DNA of 64,000 bases from an uncultured bacterium (GTDB lineage Bacteria; Babelota; Babeliae; Babelales; Vermiphilaceae): NCBI GenBank assembly GCA_963713925.1, contig OY970212.1:928001-992000 (forward strand). Direction: 5' to 3'. A program made the translations under genes and the position numbers. Every line of letters starts with the position of its first letter. Position 1 is the stretch's first letter. The notes under the pieces were generated by a model. It did no database searches. It was given only the letters and a program-made list of their open reading frames with translations, and was not told the origin of the DNA. This document shows, in pieces, positions 28,477-38,429 of this stretch.

Positions 28477-31221
28477 ATGATCAATAATATGCTGAACATT
28501 TTTCAATCTGTATGTGAATTAATACACAGCAAGCATTTCTTTTTTATAACCCTCATCTTTGTTCTATGCGCGAAATGTTTTCTTTTTATACAACTCATCA
28601 ATAGAACAAAACATTCTACAACTCAGCGTTTATCTATTTTGCTATTACTCGGAGTCATTATAGGATCTATAGCCGGCGATGTCAGCTGGTTTATTAAATT
28701 GTTGAGAGATTTATGGATTACAACCATCCCATATACAGTTAATATTTTTGGGTTAAGAATAGCGTGGGCATTTCTTATCATTCAATATCAGTCGCTCGCC
28801 CTCTTTATAGAAACGGTTCCTCAAAGAATTTTTCGATTAAAGCGCATGCATTTTGTATCGTTAGCTGTTAGCTGCGCGATCGCTTGTTTTTTTGTGTACA
28901 TTGCTTTTTTTGAACCCACCCTTCTTACACAAGTTGAGCGGCACCTTGCATTTAACGAAACAAATCCACAATTAATTCCTTGGGAAGTGCTTGTCATGAG
29001 ATATGTGAGTCTCTATCTCATTCCTATTTTTATGCTTTCCAGCCTCTTTTATACATTCAAAGCAATTTCTTCGCGACGATTGCCCACCCTACTTAAACGG
29101 CATATGTCAATTCTTGTACAATATTTTCTAACTCCATTCTTTATTGCGGAATCTATCGTTGCTATTCATATGAATGTCAAATCGCTTAACATATATTCAA
29201 GTGGAATCCTAAGTATATCGAATATTCTTTTGACCTGTTCTCTCTATTATAGCATTCGCACAATTTTAAATCTTCGATTCCTCAATCTTGACGCTCATAT
29301 TCCTGCCCGTCAACGCGTCAATTTTATAGAGCATTTCAAAGAAGCTCTTGAGACTCTGAGCAAAGTAGGAAATATCGAAGAGTTAGTTCAAATTACTCAA
29401 ACATTCTTTAAAGAAGCCTTTGATATTCACAATAAAAAAGTCACTCTCCACATCAAAAATCTTTCGCCGGAATCTACATCAGCAACTCCAGATAAAGTGA
29501 ATCCGCTTGAGCAAAGCATTGAACAATTTTTGCTCACATTGACCGAAAAAGAATCCGAGTGTCTGAAAAAATTAAAAATCTTAATTAACGATGAACTGAG
29601 CTTTACCGAATTTTATAACCCCAGCCCGATACGACACAAGTTCATACAATTTTTGCAGGATAATCAGTTGGATATCTTCTTACCCATTTATAGAAACAAC
29701 ACAATTATTGCACACATTAGCGTTGGGTTGAACGCACGGCTGCAACATAACTATACGCTCGCTGACCATGATGAAATGCTTGTTTATAGCACCTACTTGG
29801 CAAGCGTTATCAATTTGGTTAGAAATCGTAATCTCAAGCAGCTCATTCAAAAAAAACATATATTGCAAGATGATGCATTTCTCAAACATCAGGAAATTAA
29901 CTTATACAAAGAAAGTATAGAAGCTTTTATAAAAACAAACGCAACCAAGCACATCGGTATTTGTTTTTATAAAAATAATAAGATTACTATTGCGCATATC
30001 CTTTCCCACGGAATTATTAACCAACAGATTATTCAACAAGATCGTCATCCGCTCACCAAAGCAATCAAGGAAATTGGCGATCAAGTAGAACAGTTCAAGA
30101 CTCCTGCTACGCAGTTAATTAATTATGATGGTATACGCATTGTGTTAACCGCCGTCTCAAACCTTGAACGACAAAATGTGATCGTCACGTTATATCAACC
30201 GGAAATTTCGGATGTATTAAAACATAAAATAAATGTATTGAAAGACCCTGAACGCTGGAACTTCTTGCTCTACCTTGAAACGACAAAATTGGGCGCCAAA
30301 ATCAACCAGCTCATTCCAAGCGATAGTGAATTGATGCTCAATCTCAAGATTGAGTTGTTGCAAAATGCTATTAATCGAAAAATCGTACTTCTCAATGCCC
30401 CCGAAGAAGATATTCAATCGCTTGCACAGGTGATGTGTCAAAGCAGCGCTCAAAATATGCTCCATATATTGTCACTCAAATATCAGGCTCAAGATGCAAC
30501 CTATTATAAAAAGATGTTTGGAGATCACTCAGTTTTCGGTTCACATTCAGAACCGGCTCTGCTTGAGAAAGCTAATAATAACGCGACAATTTTGATAGAA
30601 AATATTCATTTCCTCGATTTGCAAACGCAAGCAATGCTTGCGCACTACAACAAAACGGGTGCCTATAGCCCATACCACAGCAGTGCACTCACCGAATCAC
30701 ACGTTCGTATTATATGCACCACCAACCAAAGCATCTCCAATCTTCTGCTTGAGAATAAGTGTGACTATGCATTGTATGAAATACTCAAAGATTCGAGCAT
30801 GAGCTTTCCTTCTCTACTGACCCTCCCGCATGAAGAATTAGAAGGATTGGCGCATGGATACTTACATCAGTTATTGCAACAAGATGAATTTAAAATTACT
30901 ATACCACCAACAAATAAAGAGATCTCGAACATTGTCAGAACAAAACCGACTAGTTTGACTGAATTAAAACGCAAAGTAAAAAATCTTCTCACGGCTCAAA
31001 AAGAATCGCTTCCCGATTCTGATTTTGAACATGCACACTCAACTGCATCTCAAGAACATGAGATCATCCATGCAACCAGACTTGGAAAAAAAGCCTTACA
31101 AGACCCGGATATTATGCGCGTTTTATGGCAAAAGTTTAAAAATCAGAATAAAATTGCTACCTTTTTAGGAGTAAATAGATCATCAGTTAATAGACGCTGT
31201 AAGGAATATCAGCTCCAGTAG
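28477..31221 (+). CDS. Membrane-anchored regulator 2 (paralogue of 25599-28304)
   Basis: Shared IQYQ..ALF.E, LRFLN, ITQTFFKE, KHQEIN, LLYLETT and near-identical HTH. Confidence 0.85.
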   Translation: MINNMLNIFQSVCELIHSKHFFFITLIFVLCAKCFLFIQLINRTKHSTTQRLSILLLLGVIIGSIAGDVSWFIKLLRDLWITTIPYTVNIFGLRIAWAFLIIQYQSLALFIETVPQRIFRLKRMHFVSLAVSCAIACFFVYIAFFEPTLLTQVERHLAFNETNPQLIPWEVLVMRYVSLYLIPIFMLSSLFYTFKAISSRRLPTLLKRHMSILVQYFLTPFFIAESIVAIHMNVKSLNIYSSGILSISNILLTCSLYYSIRTILNLRFLNLDAHIPARQRVNFIEHFKEALETLSKVGNIEELVQITQTFFKEAFDIHNKKVTLHIKNLSPESTSATPDKVNPLEQSIEQFLLTLTEKESECLKKLKILINDELSFTEFYNPSPIRHKFIQFLQDNQLDIFLPIYRNNTIIAHISVGLNARLQHNYTLADHDEMLVYSTYLASVINLVRNRNLKQLIQKKHILQDDAFLKHQEINLYKESIEAFIKTNATKHIGICFYKNNKITIAHILSHGIINQQIIQQDRHPLTKAIKEIGDQVEQFKTPATQLINYDGIRIVLTAVSNLERQNVIVTLYQPEISDVLKHKINVLKDPERWNFLLYLETTKLGAKINQLIPSDSELMLNLKIELLQNAINRKIVLLNAPEEDIQSLAQVMCQSSAQNMLHILSLKYQAQDATYYKKMFGDHSVFGSHSEPALLEKANNNATILIENIHFLDLQTQAMLAHYNKTGAYSPYHSSALTESHVRIICTTNQSISNLLLENKCDYALYEILKDSSMSFPSLLTLPHEELEGLAHGYLHQLLQQDEFKITIPPTNKEISNIVRTKPTSLTELKRKVKNLLTAQKESLPDSDFEHAHSTASQEHEIIHATRLGKKALQDPDIMRVLWQKFKNQNKIATFLGVNRSSVNRRCKEYQLQ

Positions 31222-31227
31222 GAAAAA

Positions 31228-32181
31228 ATGGAATCGGTGGAACTCAACATCTCTCAAGAAATTTTTAAAGAATTATCACATGAATTCATACTCCACCTGC
31301 AAGTTGAGCGACGCGTTTCAGAGCATACCATTCGCGCATACACCGGAGATCTGACAGATATTGTTCATTTTTGGACTTCACTATCAGAAGATGATCAAAA
31401 ACATCTTCCCTTCAAACAAATACTCGATCGATACATGATGAGTATTTTTTATAAAAAAATCAGTAAAAGTTCTATTGCTCGTAAATTCTCTTGTCTACGC
31501 TCATTTGAAAAATTTCTGCTCAAGCGGGGAATTCGATTAGCGCTCAAAATAAAACGACCACGCATAGAAAAAAAATTACCGGTCTATTTAAGCATTGATG
31601 AAATCACTTATCTCCTTGACGGCATTTCTGACAAAGAGCTGTTGTGTCAATATCCTTTGCGCGATAAAGCAATTTTTGAACTGCTCTATGCAACCGGAAT
31701 ACGATGTTCAGAGCTCGTTTCAATTTGCATGCGCGATCTTAATATGCACGAAAAAACAATTCGCATATTTGGCAAAGGAGCAAAAGAGCGCATTGTGTTG
31801 TTCGGCCAGCGAGCAAAAGAACGCCTGGAACTTTATTTGCAAAAGGAACGAGCTTTTGTTAAAAACACGGATGAGCGTCTGTTTTTGAACAATCGCCATG
31901 AACCGCTCACGCAACGGAGCATTCAAAGAATTATCGAACATTTCAGGATGTTTCTAAAAACTCCCCGAGAGATTACGCCTCACAAGCTACGACATTCATT
32001 TGCAACGCATTTGCTCAATCAAGGGGCCGATCTGAGAGCCGTTCAAGAACTGCTGGGGCATGCGAGTTTGACAAGCACCGAAAAATACACTCATGTCACC
32101 CTTGAAAAATTACACCAACTATGCAATGATATTCATCCGATTAATGATATCATGAAGTCCATGAAAAAAAATGAGGACTGA
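31228..32181 (+). CDS. xerC: XerC/XerD-type tyrosine recombinase
   Basis: LYATGIRCSE, GKGAKER, TPHKLRHSFATH, LLGHASLTSTEKYTH. Confidence 0.88.
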   Translation: MESVELNISQEIFKELSHEFILHLQVERRVSEHTIRAYTGDLTDIVHFWTSLSEDDQKHLPFKQILDRYMMSIFYKKISKSSIARKFSCLRSFEKFLLKRGIRLALKIKRPRIEKKLPVYLSIDEITYLLDGISDKELLCQYPLRDKAIFELLYATGIRCSELVSICMRDLNMHEKTIRIFGKGAKERIVLFGQRAKERLELYLQKERAFVKNTDERLFLNNRHEPLTQRSIQRIIEHFRMFLKTPREITPHKLRHSFATHLLNQGADLRAVQELLGHASLTSTEKYTHVTLEKLHQLCNDIHPINDIMKSMKKNED

Positions 32182-33905
32182 TGCTTATTCATTGGCCATC
32201 AGTGCGTCGCCAACTTACTACAATTGTTTTTGTCTCGTTCTGCGCGTCTCTTATCATCATATTTCGCCTCTTTTATCTGCAAATCATACTCGGTGATATC
32301 TTTTTCTCCCAAGGGGAAAAAAATTTCTTAAGAACCGAAAGAATCCCTTCTCCGCGGGGTGACATAGTCGATAGCAAAGGCCGATTTTTGGCCACCAATC
32401 AGCCAACGGCTGACCTCTATTGGCAAGGGACCGGAAAGAAGAAGTTTGATGAAGCGCAAAAGAAAGTTATTGATCGATTAATAAACATTTTAGGAATTCC
32501 CGAGGAGCAAACTCTTGAATTTCAAGCGATGATTCTTTCAGCCGAACGATCATATCAGCCGATCCTTATGCTCAAGGATCTTTCTTTTGATCAATTAAGC
32601 AAAATTCAAGAACAGTTTCCTGAGACTACAAATATTTTTATAAAAAACAGTTTCAGGCGATATTATCCGTATGGAGCATATGCCAGCCATGTCGTTGGCT
32701 ATCTGGGCCAACTGAACATGGAATTATCCGGAAAAATGGGGCTTGAGCAGATCTATCAACAACACTTGCAAGGCGAGCAAGGCGTTATCTTAAAAACCAT
32801 CAACTCAATCGGGAAAAAGCTCAATCAACAAGAATTGAAAGAGTCACAAATCGGTAAAACAATTCAAGTGACCATCGATATCGATCTGCAATCTGCGATT
32901 GAAAAAGTGTTTCCGGAAAATTTGTCCGGCACCTGCATTATCATGGATCCTTCAGACGGTTCGCTGAAAGCACTCGTCTCTCGGCCTCATTTTGATCCAT
33001 CTTCATTTTTAAAACAGATTACCCATGGTGAGTGGCAACTTCTGCAAGAAAATCAGCGATTTTTAAACAGAGCGTTGAATGCGACATACCCCCCCGGCTC
33101 CATTTTCAAGCTCGTGACAACGGCCGCCGCACTCGAGCATGACATCATTAAACCGGAAGATAGTTGGTATTGTAAGGGCTATGTTACTTTTGCACATCGG
33201 CAATATTGGTGTGCAAATCGCGCCGGACATGGCTCGTTGAGCGCGCGTAAGGGATTGGCAAAATCATGCAACACTATGTTTTTTGACATTGCAAAGCGTA
33301 TTGATATTGATGCACTCGCCGATTACGCGTATCGTTTTGGCCTGGGCAGATCAACCGCACTGCCATTTGCTCAAAAGAATGGGCTGATCCCTTCAAAGTC
33401 ATGGAAACAAGCAGCAAAAGGTGAACGCTGGTGGCCGGGAGAGACATTGTCGGCAGCTATTGGACAAAGTTATCTGCTTGTTACCCCAATACAAATTGCG
33501 CGCATGATTTCCGGAATTTTCACCGGATATTTGGTCAAACCGCGCATTTTAGTTGAGGATCCAATAGATATCGAACCATTGAATATCAAACCGGAAACAC
33601 TCACCTTTTTGAGAAAATCGATGAAATCAGCCATTAAAATGGGTACTGCTCAAAAGCTGAAAGTATTGAAAAATTTTGAGATTTACGCAAAAACATCAAC
33701 AGCTCAAACAAGCGCTTACAACAAGCGATGCCTGGGAAGTGTTTATTTGGAACACGGCTGGTGCGTCGCGCATTTCAAGTATAACGATAACGAACCGTTG
33801 GTGATGGTGCTTTTAGTCGAACATGCCGGCACGTCGCGAGTGGCAACTGATATTATCGGGAAGTTTTTATTAGAGTATAGAAAGCTGTGCAAAGAAGTTG
33901 TTTAG
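32181..33905 (+). CDS. mrdA: Penicillin-binding protein 2 (class B transpeptidase)
   Basis: PRGDIVD, RYYPYG, PGSIFK (SxxK), SCN, KTS. Confidence 0.92.
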   Translation: MLIHWPSVRRQLTTIVFVSFCASLIIIFRLFYLQIILGDIFFSQGEKNFLRTERIPSPRGDIVDSKGRFLATNQPTADLYWQGTGKKKFDEAQKKVIDRLINILGIPEEQTLEFQAMILSAERSYQPILMLKDLSFDQLSKIQEQFPETTNIFIKNSFRRYYPYGAYASHVVGYLGQLNMELSGKMGLEQIYQQHLQGEQGVILKTINSIGKKLNQQELKESQIGKTIQVTIDIDLQSAIEKVFPENLSGTCIIMDPSDGSLKALVSRPHFDPSSFLKQITHGEWQLLQENQRFLNRALNATYPPGSIFKLVTTAAALEHDIIKPEDSWYCKGYVTFAHRQYWCANRAGHGSLSARKGLAKSCNTMFFDIAKRIDIDALADYAYRFGLGRSTALPFAQKNGLIPSKSWKQAAKGERWWPGETLSAAIGQSYLLVTPIQIARMISGIFTGYLVKPRILVEDPIDIEPLNIKPETLTFLRKSMKSAIKMGTAQKLKVLKNFEIYAKTSTAQTSAYNKRCLGSVYLEHGWCVAHFKYNDNEPLVMVLLVEHAGTSRVATDIIGKFLLEYRKLCKEVV

Positions 33906-34201
33906 CCCCTTGTGCAGGGGCAAGCACCCATGCGTCGCCTATCCACGCCTTTCCGGCTTGGCAGGCTATGCAGGGCAGGCCAAAAGGAGGTCTCGCTTGT
34001 CCTGCGAAACTTGCCGAGCTGAACGCCCGGACAAGTGAAGCACGGACCACCTCCTTTGGAATCCAGGCACTTAAGGCCTGCTGCCTTAAGAAACCGCTGT
34101 AATCGCTTCAGGTTCGACCACACGTGATTTGTTTCACAAATCTCTTAATGGTCCGAATGAAGCTGCATCGATTTTTATTTTACTAATGTCGATTTTAACG
34201 C
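33906..34201. repeat. Family D structured repeat, copy 1 (with nested family E inserts)
   Basis: 34047-34077 is 30/31 identical to the reverse complement of 50026-50056; 34174-34201 is 25/28 identical to the reverse complement of 49910-49937. Confidence 0.8.
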
Positions 34202-34262
34202 ATTGCTATTTTGAAACGTTGCTCATTTTTGACTTTTTTCTTTGTTAGAATTCTTCCGATCT

Positions 34263-34336
34263 CCGTTCGTGGTGAGCGTAGTTTCGGGCCCCATGCTGAA
34301 AGCGTGGGTAAAAACGAAGTCGAATCCATACGAACG
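34263..34336. repeat. Family B repeat with nested family A copy
   Basis: CCGTTCGTGGTGAGCGTAGTTT[CGGGCCCCATGCTGAAAGCGTGGGT]AAAAACGAAGTCGAATCCATACGAACG. Confidence 0.8.
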
Positions 34337-34439
34337 ATTGTAAGCTATTTCATGGAGATTACAGAAACTCAACAGAAACTAATAAAAAGTGCACATGGTT
34401 ATTGAGCCATACGCACTTTTTAGTAGCTAAGAAATAATT

Positions 34440-34814
34440 TCAGCTCTTCACTGAAATTTGAATATTGTCGAATTTGCCTTGGGCTATAGCCTGCGTTAAA
34501 ACGCCACCAAGGTATCCCAATAGGGAACCGACGCAAAAAGATTGCGTCTCTCCATTAACTTCTTCAATAGAATTTTTGGAGCTAGCGATTACGCCATCAA
34601 TTATAATATTGAGAGGAATAAGGCTCAGCAATCCGTACATTACTGTATTTTTTCCCTCATTTGTTCCCTGATACATTAGTCCAGAAAACCATCCTAGAAC
34701 AAATCCTGTTGCGCCAATAGTTCGCTCGCTCAGTTTCTGCCGATCACTTTTTTGTTGCGCGCCGCAAAGGCCGACTGCCATTAATGCTGCGAATAGAACT
34801 AAGCGTATTTTCAT
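34440..34814 (-). CDS. Small exported/membrane protein with glycine zipper
   Basis: Signal peptide MKIRL; GFVLGWFSG; VGSLLGYLGG. Confidence 0.7.
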   Translation of the reverse strand: MKIRLVLFAALMAVGLCGAQQKSDRQKLSERTIGATGFVLGWFSGLMYQGTNEGKNTVMYGLLSLIPLNIIIDGVIASSKNSIEEVNGETQSFCVGSLLGYLGGVLTQAIAQGKFDNIQISVKS

Positions 34815-34888
34815 AAAATAACCCCCATTATAGTAAGTATTGTTATACATATTCCATTTATAATTATCTTCTTATCGATAAATATCGC

Positions 34889-35272
34889 TTACCTGTTTCT
34901 ATACTTTCCATATAAGTGTGCTGATACAAAAAGGGCACACCATGAACCACCCCAGGCAGCCCATCCAAACATATTTTTATCATCCGGAGTCATATTCCAT
35001 TTTTTGATCGCAATTCTTCTTCCAATTGGTTCAATGAGAAAAGAACACCCGGGAATCATTACCCGAGGCCGTTGGTGTAAACGTTTTTCGTAATGCCTAT
35101 CACTTATTTTCATATCCACGAGAGCTGCGGCAAGTCCTGTGCCTAAACCAAAGCCAAATCCTTTTATGATCGGATGTATGTTTCCAATACGCATTGGCTT
35201 TTCTTGATCTGCAGCCGTGATGATTGATGCTCCGATTAACAACGTCGCGCATAAAATTATTATTTTTTTCAT
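34889..35272 (-). CDS. Small exported/membrane protein with glycine zipper
   Basis: Signal peptide ending ITAAD; GFGFGLGTG. Confidence 0.75.
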   Translation of the reverse strand: MKKIIILCATLLIGASIITAADQEKPMRIGNIHPIIKGFGFGLGTGLAAALVDMKISDRHYEKRLHQRPRVMIPGCSFLIEPIGRRIAIKKWNMTPDDKNMFGWAAWGGSWCALFVSAHLYGKYRNR

Positions 35273-35694
35273 ATACCTACCTCAAACCGATATATCGGAA
35301 TGGCACCCGAAAAAAAGTTACCCGTGTCCATTGCATCCGATACCGTTTTTTTCTTGAAAAAAGGAATGCTTATAAGATGCATTTTCGCATAATAAGCCAT
35401 TGCCATTGGAAGAACAATCGCAGCGATATTAAAAGGCACGCTCCCATCAATACCGGCAATGCGCCCCACCACCGTTGAAAGTTGTTTAAAAGACCAACCG
35501 GAAGCAAGTCCGGCGGAAAAACCTGAAACATTTTCAATCACTGATGATTGAATCTCTTTTTGCAAGACGGATTGACCCGGTGATTCAATAGCCGCTTCAG
35601 TGTGCGTCGGCATGCTTACTGGATGCTTACCTGAATGATCTGCATTGAGCGCACCGAATGCAAGGAAAAGGAGGATAAAAAATTGTTTTTTCAT
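35269..35694 (-). CDS. Small exported/membrane protein with glycine zipper
   Basis: Signal peptide MKKQF...LNAD; GFSAGLASG; 4-nt overlap with the next gene. Confidence 0.75.
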   Translation of the reverse strand: MKKQFFILLFLAFGALNADHSGKHPVSMPTHTEAAIESPGQSVLQKEIQSSVIENVSGFSAGLASGWSFKQLSTVVGRIAGIDGSVPFNIAAIVLPMAMAYYAKMHLISIPFFKKKTVSDAMDTGNFFSGAIPIYRFEVGI

Positions 35695-35942
35695 AAAAAC
35701 TCCTGTCATGCCATAGTTCTTGTCCCGCTATAGCCCTAAGGGCAAAAGCGGATTAACGAGGCGGACCATTTTACTCAGCCCAAAGGCTGTTTTGCTTATT
35801 TTCTTAGTATTAAGCTTAACCGGCACGTACAGGATAGACAAATGGGTAGTTTTCACATTGAAAATATTCTCAATGCGTCACATGACAATAAAAGAGGCCG
35901 GGATTTTTAGTTCCAGCCTCTCGAAAAACACTTAAAACAGGC

Positions 35943-37550
35943 TCAATTTTCAGGGTAAGATAACCCGACAATCTCATATGCCTTTTTGCCATCAACGGTT
36001 TCTTCCTTGAGCAACTCTTGCGCCAAGCGCTCAAGCTTATCCTTATTTTCAGTCAACAAGCCCTTTGTTTTTGCCATGCATTCATTGAGCAAGTCTTGAA
36101 CCAACCGCTCAATTTTGACCGCTATTTCAGGAGCCAAAGAAAGATCCCGATCGCTGTAAACAGCCACTCCCAACTCTTCACTCATGCCATATGAACGAAT
36201 CATGTGGCGAGCAATGTTGGTTGCCTGGTTGAAATCATGCCAAGCACCGTTATTTTGCGCACCACACGCTATTTCTTCAGCGGCTCGACCTGCAAGAAAT
36301 ATGCATATTTGAGCCATTAACGCTTCTTTCGAGCTTGAAAAACGCTCGTCTGCAAAATCGTCCCAATAAGTAACCCCGAGCGCCCCGCCCCGCGGTACGA
36401 TAGTAATTTTATGTAGTGGAGGAACAAGACCGGCATGAAGCATCTGAACCAATGCATGTCCTGCTTCATGATATGCCGTTTCGCGCTTTTCTTTCTCATT
36501 CATACGCCGATAGTCTTTGATCGGACCCATGTTCTGTTTATCGTACGCTTCTTCAATATCTGCCTGCGTGATACCCGCGCTCCACGGGTTACGCGCGGCC
36601 AAAATAGCTGCTTCATTGAGTAAGTTCGCCAAATCGGCACAGCTAAATCCACTCGTTCTGCGCGCGATAACATCGAAATCAATCTCGCCGGTAAAATGTT
36701 TATCTTTCGCATGAAGTTCAAGCACTTCTTTTCGTGCAGCTCTATCCGGGTACGGAACTTCAATGTGTCTATCAAATCGTCCGGGACGCAAAAGCGCCTC
36801 ATCGAGAATATCTTTTCGATTTGTCGCGGCTACAACAATAACATCATCTGTTGTGGAAAAGCCATCCATCTCGGTCAAAAGCTGATTCAATGTGACCGCA
36901 AATTCATCGGCTCCGCCAAATGCTTCAGTTCTTTTTTTTCCGATTGCATCTATTTCATCAATAAAAATGATGCTTGGTGCATGCTTTCTCGCTTTATCAA
37001 AAAGATCTCGAACACGCGCAGCGCCAAGACCAACCCACATTTCTACAAATTCGCTTCCGCTGACACTATAAAAAGCACAATGGGTTTCACCCGCCAATGC
37101 TTTTGCTAAAAGCGTTTTTCCGTTTCCGGGCGCGCCAACGAGCAAGACGCCGCGCGGAGGTCGCGCGCCAAAACGAGTGTATTGTTCTGGAGATTTTAAA
37201 AAGCGAACAATGTCAGAAAATTCATCTATGATTGATGACATACCGGCAACGGAAGCAAACGTTTCATCCGGAAAGTAAGATTCAACTTTTTTTTGTTCTT
37301 GTTGATTTTGACCGTCATATTTGTGATGGACTGTGATGCCGATATATTTCATGAATAATACGGTCACGCACATCGTCGTTAAGCTCGTAAGCGCTGTGTT
37401 TACTTGATTGCGCCAATTTATATAGCTCCTCCACGGCAATGGTTGCTCACCAGCTCTTACTTGCAAGAAAGGTGTCACCGGTATCGCAATAGCTAACAAA
37501 AGATATGCTTTTCGCGCACCAAACGCGCGTACATTTTTGTTTTTGAACAT
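35943..37550 (-). CDS. ftsH: FtsH-family ATP-dependent zinc metalloprotease (second paralogue)
   Basis: [27 protein letters not shown]; start placed at MFKNK. Confidence 0.93.
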   Translation of the reverse strand: MFKNKNVRAFGARKAYLLLAIAIPVTPFLQVRAGEQPLPWRSYINWRNQVNTALTSLTTMCVTVLFMKYIGITVHHKYDGQNQQEQKKVESYFPDETFASVAGMSSIIDEFSDIVRFLKSPEQYTRFGARPPRGVLLVGAPGNGKTLLAKALAGETHCAFYSVSGSEFVEMWVGLGAARVRDLFDKARKHAPSIIFIDEIDAIGKKRTEAFGGADEFAVTLNQLLTEMDGFSTTDDVIVVAATNRKDILDEALLRPGRFDRHIEVPYPDRAARKEVLELHAKDKHFTGEIDFDVIARRTSGFSCADLANLLNEAAILAARNPWSAGITQADIEEAYDKQNMGPIKDYRRMNEKEKRETAYHEAGHALVQMLHAGLVPPLHKITIVPRGGALGVTYWDDFADERFSSSKEALMAQICIFLAGRAAEEIACGAQNNGAWHDFNQATNIARHMIRSYGMSEELGVAVYSDRDLSLAPEIAVKIERLVQDLLNECMAKTKGLLTENKDKLERLAQELLKEETVDGKKAYEIVGLSYPEN

Positions 37551-37623
37551 GGAGTCTCCGATTGTTTTTGTTATCAATCCTAGAATGATCAGCAAATCAA
37601 TTATAAAGACTACTAAAAAAATG

Positions 37624-37656
37624 AAAAAGGCGCGATAGAGAAATCTCTATCGCGCC
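37624..37656 (-). terminator. Intrinsic terminator after rpsT
   Basis: 13-bp stem GGCGCGATAGAGA/TCTCTATCGCGCC with U-tract on the minus strand. Confidence 0.85.
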
Positions 37657-37679
37657 CGAATTTAAAATCGAATCTCAGC

Positions 37680-37946
37680 TTACTCAGCTTGATTCATGCG
37701 TTGCGCAAGTCTGCTTATTTTACGAGCAGCAGTGTTTGCATGAATAAGCCCTTTGCTTTTCGCACGAGCCAATTGCGCTTGAGCATCATTGAAAAGAACT
37801 TTTGTTTGCTCTGCATTTGTGTCTTGTTCAATCGCAACCATCAATTTTTTGATTGTGGTCTTGATCGCACTTTTACGAGCCAAGTTACGAACTCTGTTTT
37901 TTTCGCTACGTTTTGCAGCTTTCTTTGCGTGTTTTAAATTAGCCAT
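37680..37946 (-). CDS. rpsT: 30S ribosomal protein S20
   Basis: MANLKHAKK...KGLIHANTAARKISRL. Confidence 0.97.
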   Translation of the reverse strand: MANLKHAKKAAKRSEKNRVRNLARKSAIKTTIKKLMVAIEQDTNAEQTKVLFNDAQAQLARAKSKGLIHANTAARKISRLAQRMNQAE

Positions 37947-37997
37947 CGCGTTGATACCTATCTTAATCCCAAACTATAACTTACTGGGAATCCAACC

Positions 37998-38201
37998 TTA
38001 TAATACTTTCTTTACCAAACCGGCTTTGACACATTTGGTGCACACCTTATCTTGGTGCACTCTTCCTGAATCGTCATTTGCCATAACAAATCTCATTCTA
38101 TGAACGTTTGGATATATCCAGCGTTTAACACGGTTATTCGCGTGACTTACGAGGTTACCTACTTGCGGGCCTTTATCGCATACCGCACAAATTCTTGCCA
38201 T
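37998..38201 (-). CDS. rpmB: 50S ribosomal protein L28
   Basis: MARICAVCDK...GNLVSHANN...PNV...VCTKC. Confidence 0.96.
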   Translation of the reverse strand: MARICAVCDKGPQVGNLVSHANNRVKRWIYPNVHRMRFVMANDDSGRVHQDKVCTKCVKAGLVKKVL

Positions 38202-38380
38202 GGATCGATGTCCTTTCTAAAGTGTCTATTTTTTTACCCCGGACCTTATAGCCCGCAGCGGCCTTTTTTAATTGAAACTATGTCTTTAAACGGCCGTTAA
38301 AAAGTAATTCTTTCTTATTTTACTAAATAAGCTATTTTTTTCAAATGTAACTTAAAAGAATTATTATAGCGCCGCAGGTT

Positions 38381-38416
38381 CCAGCCTTCGCCCTTTTGGG
38401 CTATGGCTTGGCGAGC
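38381..38416. repeat. Family E repeat just downstream of ftsH
   Basis: CCAGCCTTCGCCCTTTTGGGCTATGGCTTGGCGAGC. Confidence 0.7.
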
Positions 38417-38429
38417 CCCTAAACCCGAT

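Noticed and set aside
31228..32181. Tyrosine recombinase as a prophage or island integrase
   Set aside because: XerC/D-like size and motifs, coupled to mrdA, and no phage genes or att repeats seen.
33853..34405. Short ORFs downstream of mrdA
   Set aside because: They coincide with family D, E, B and A repeats.
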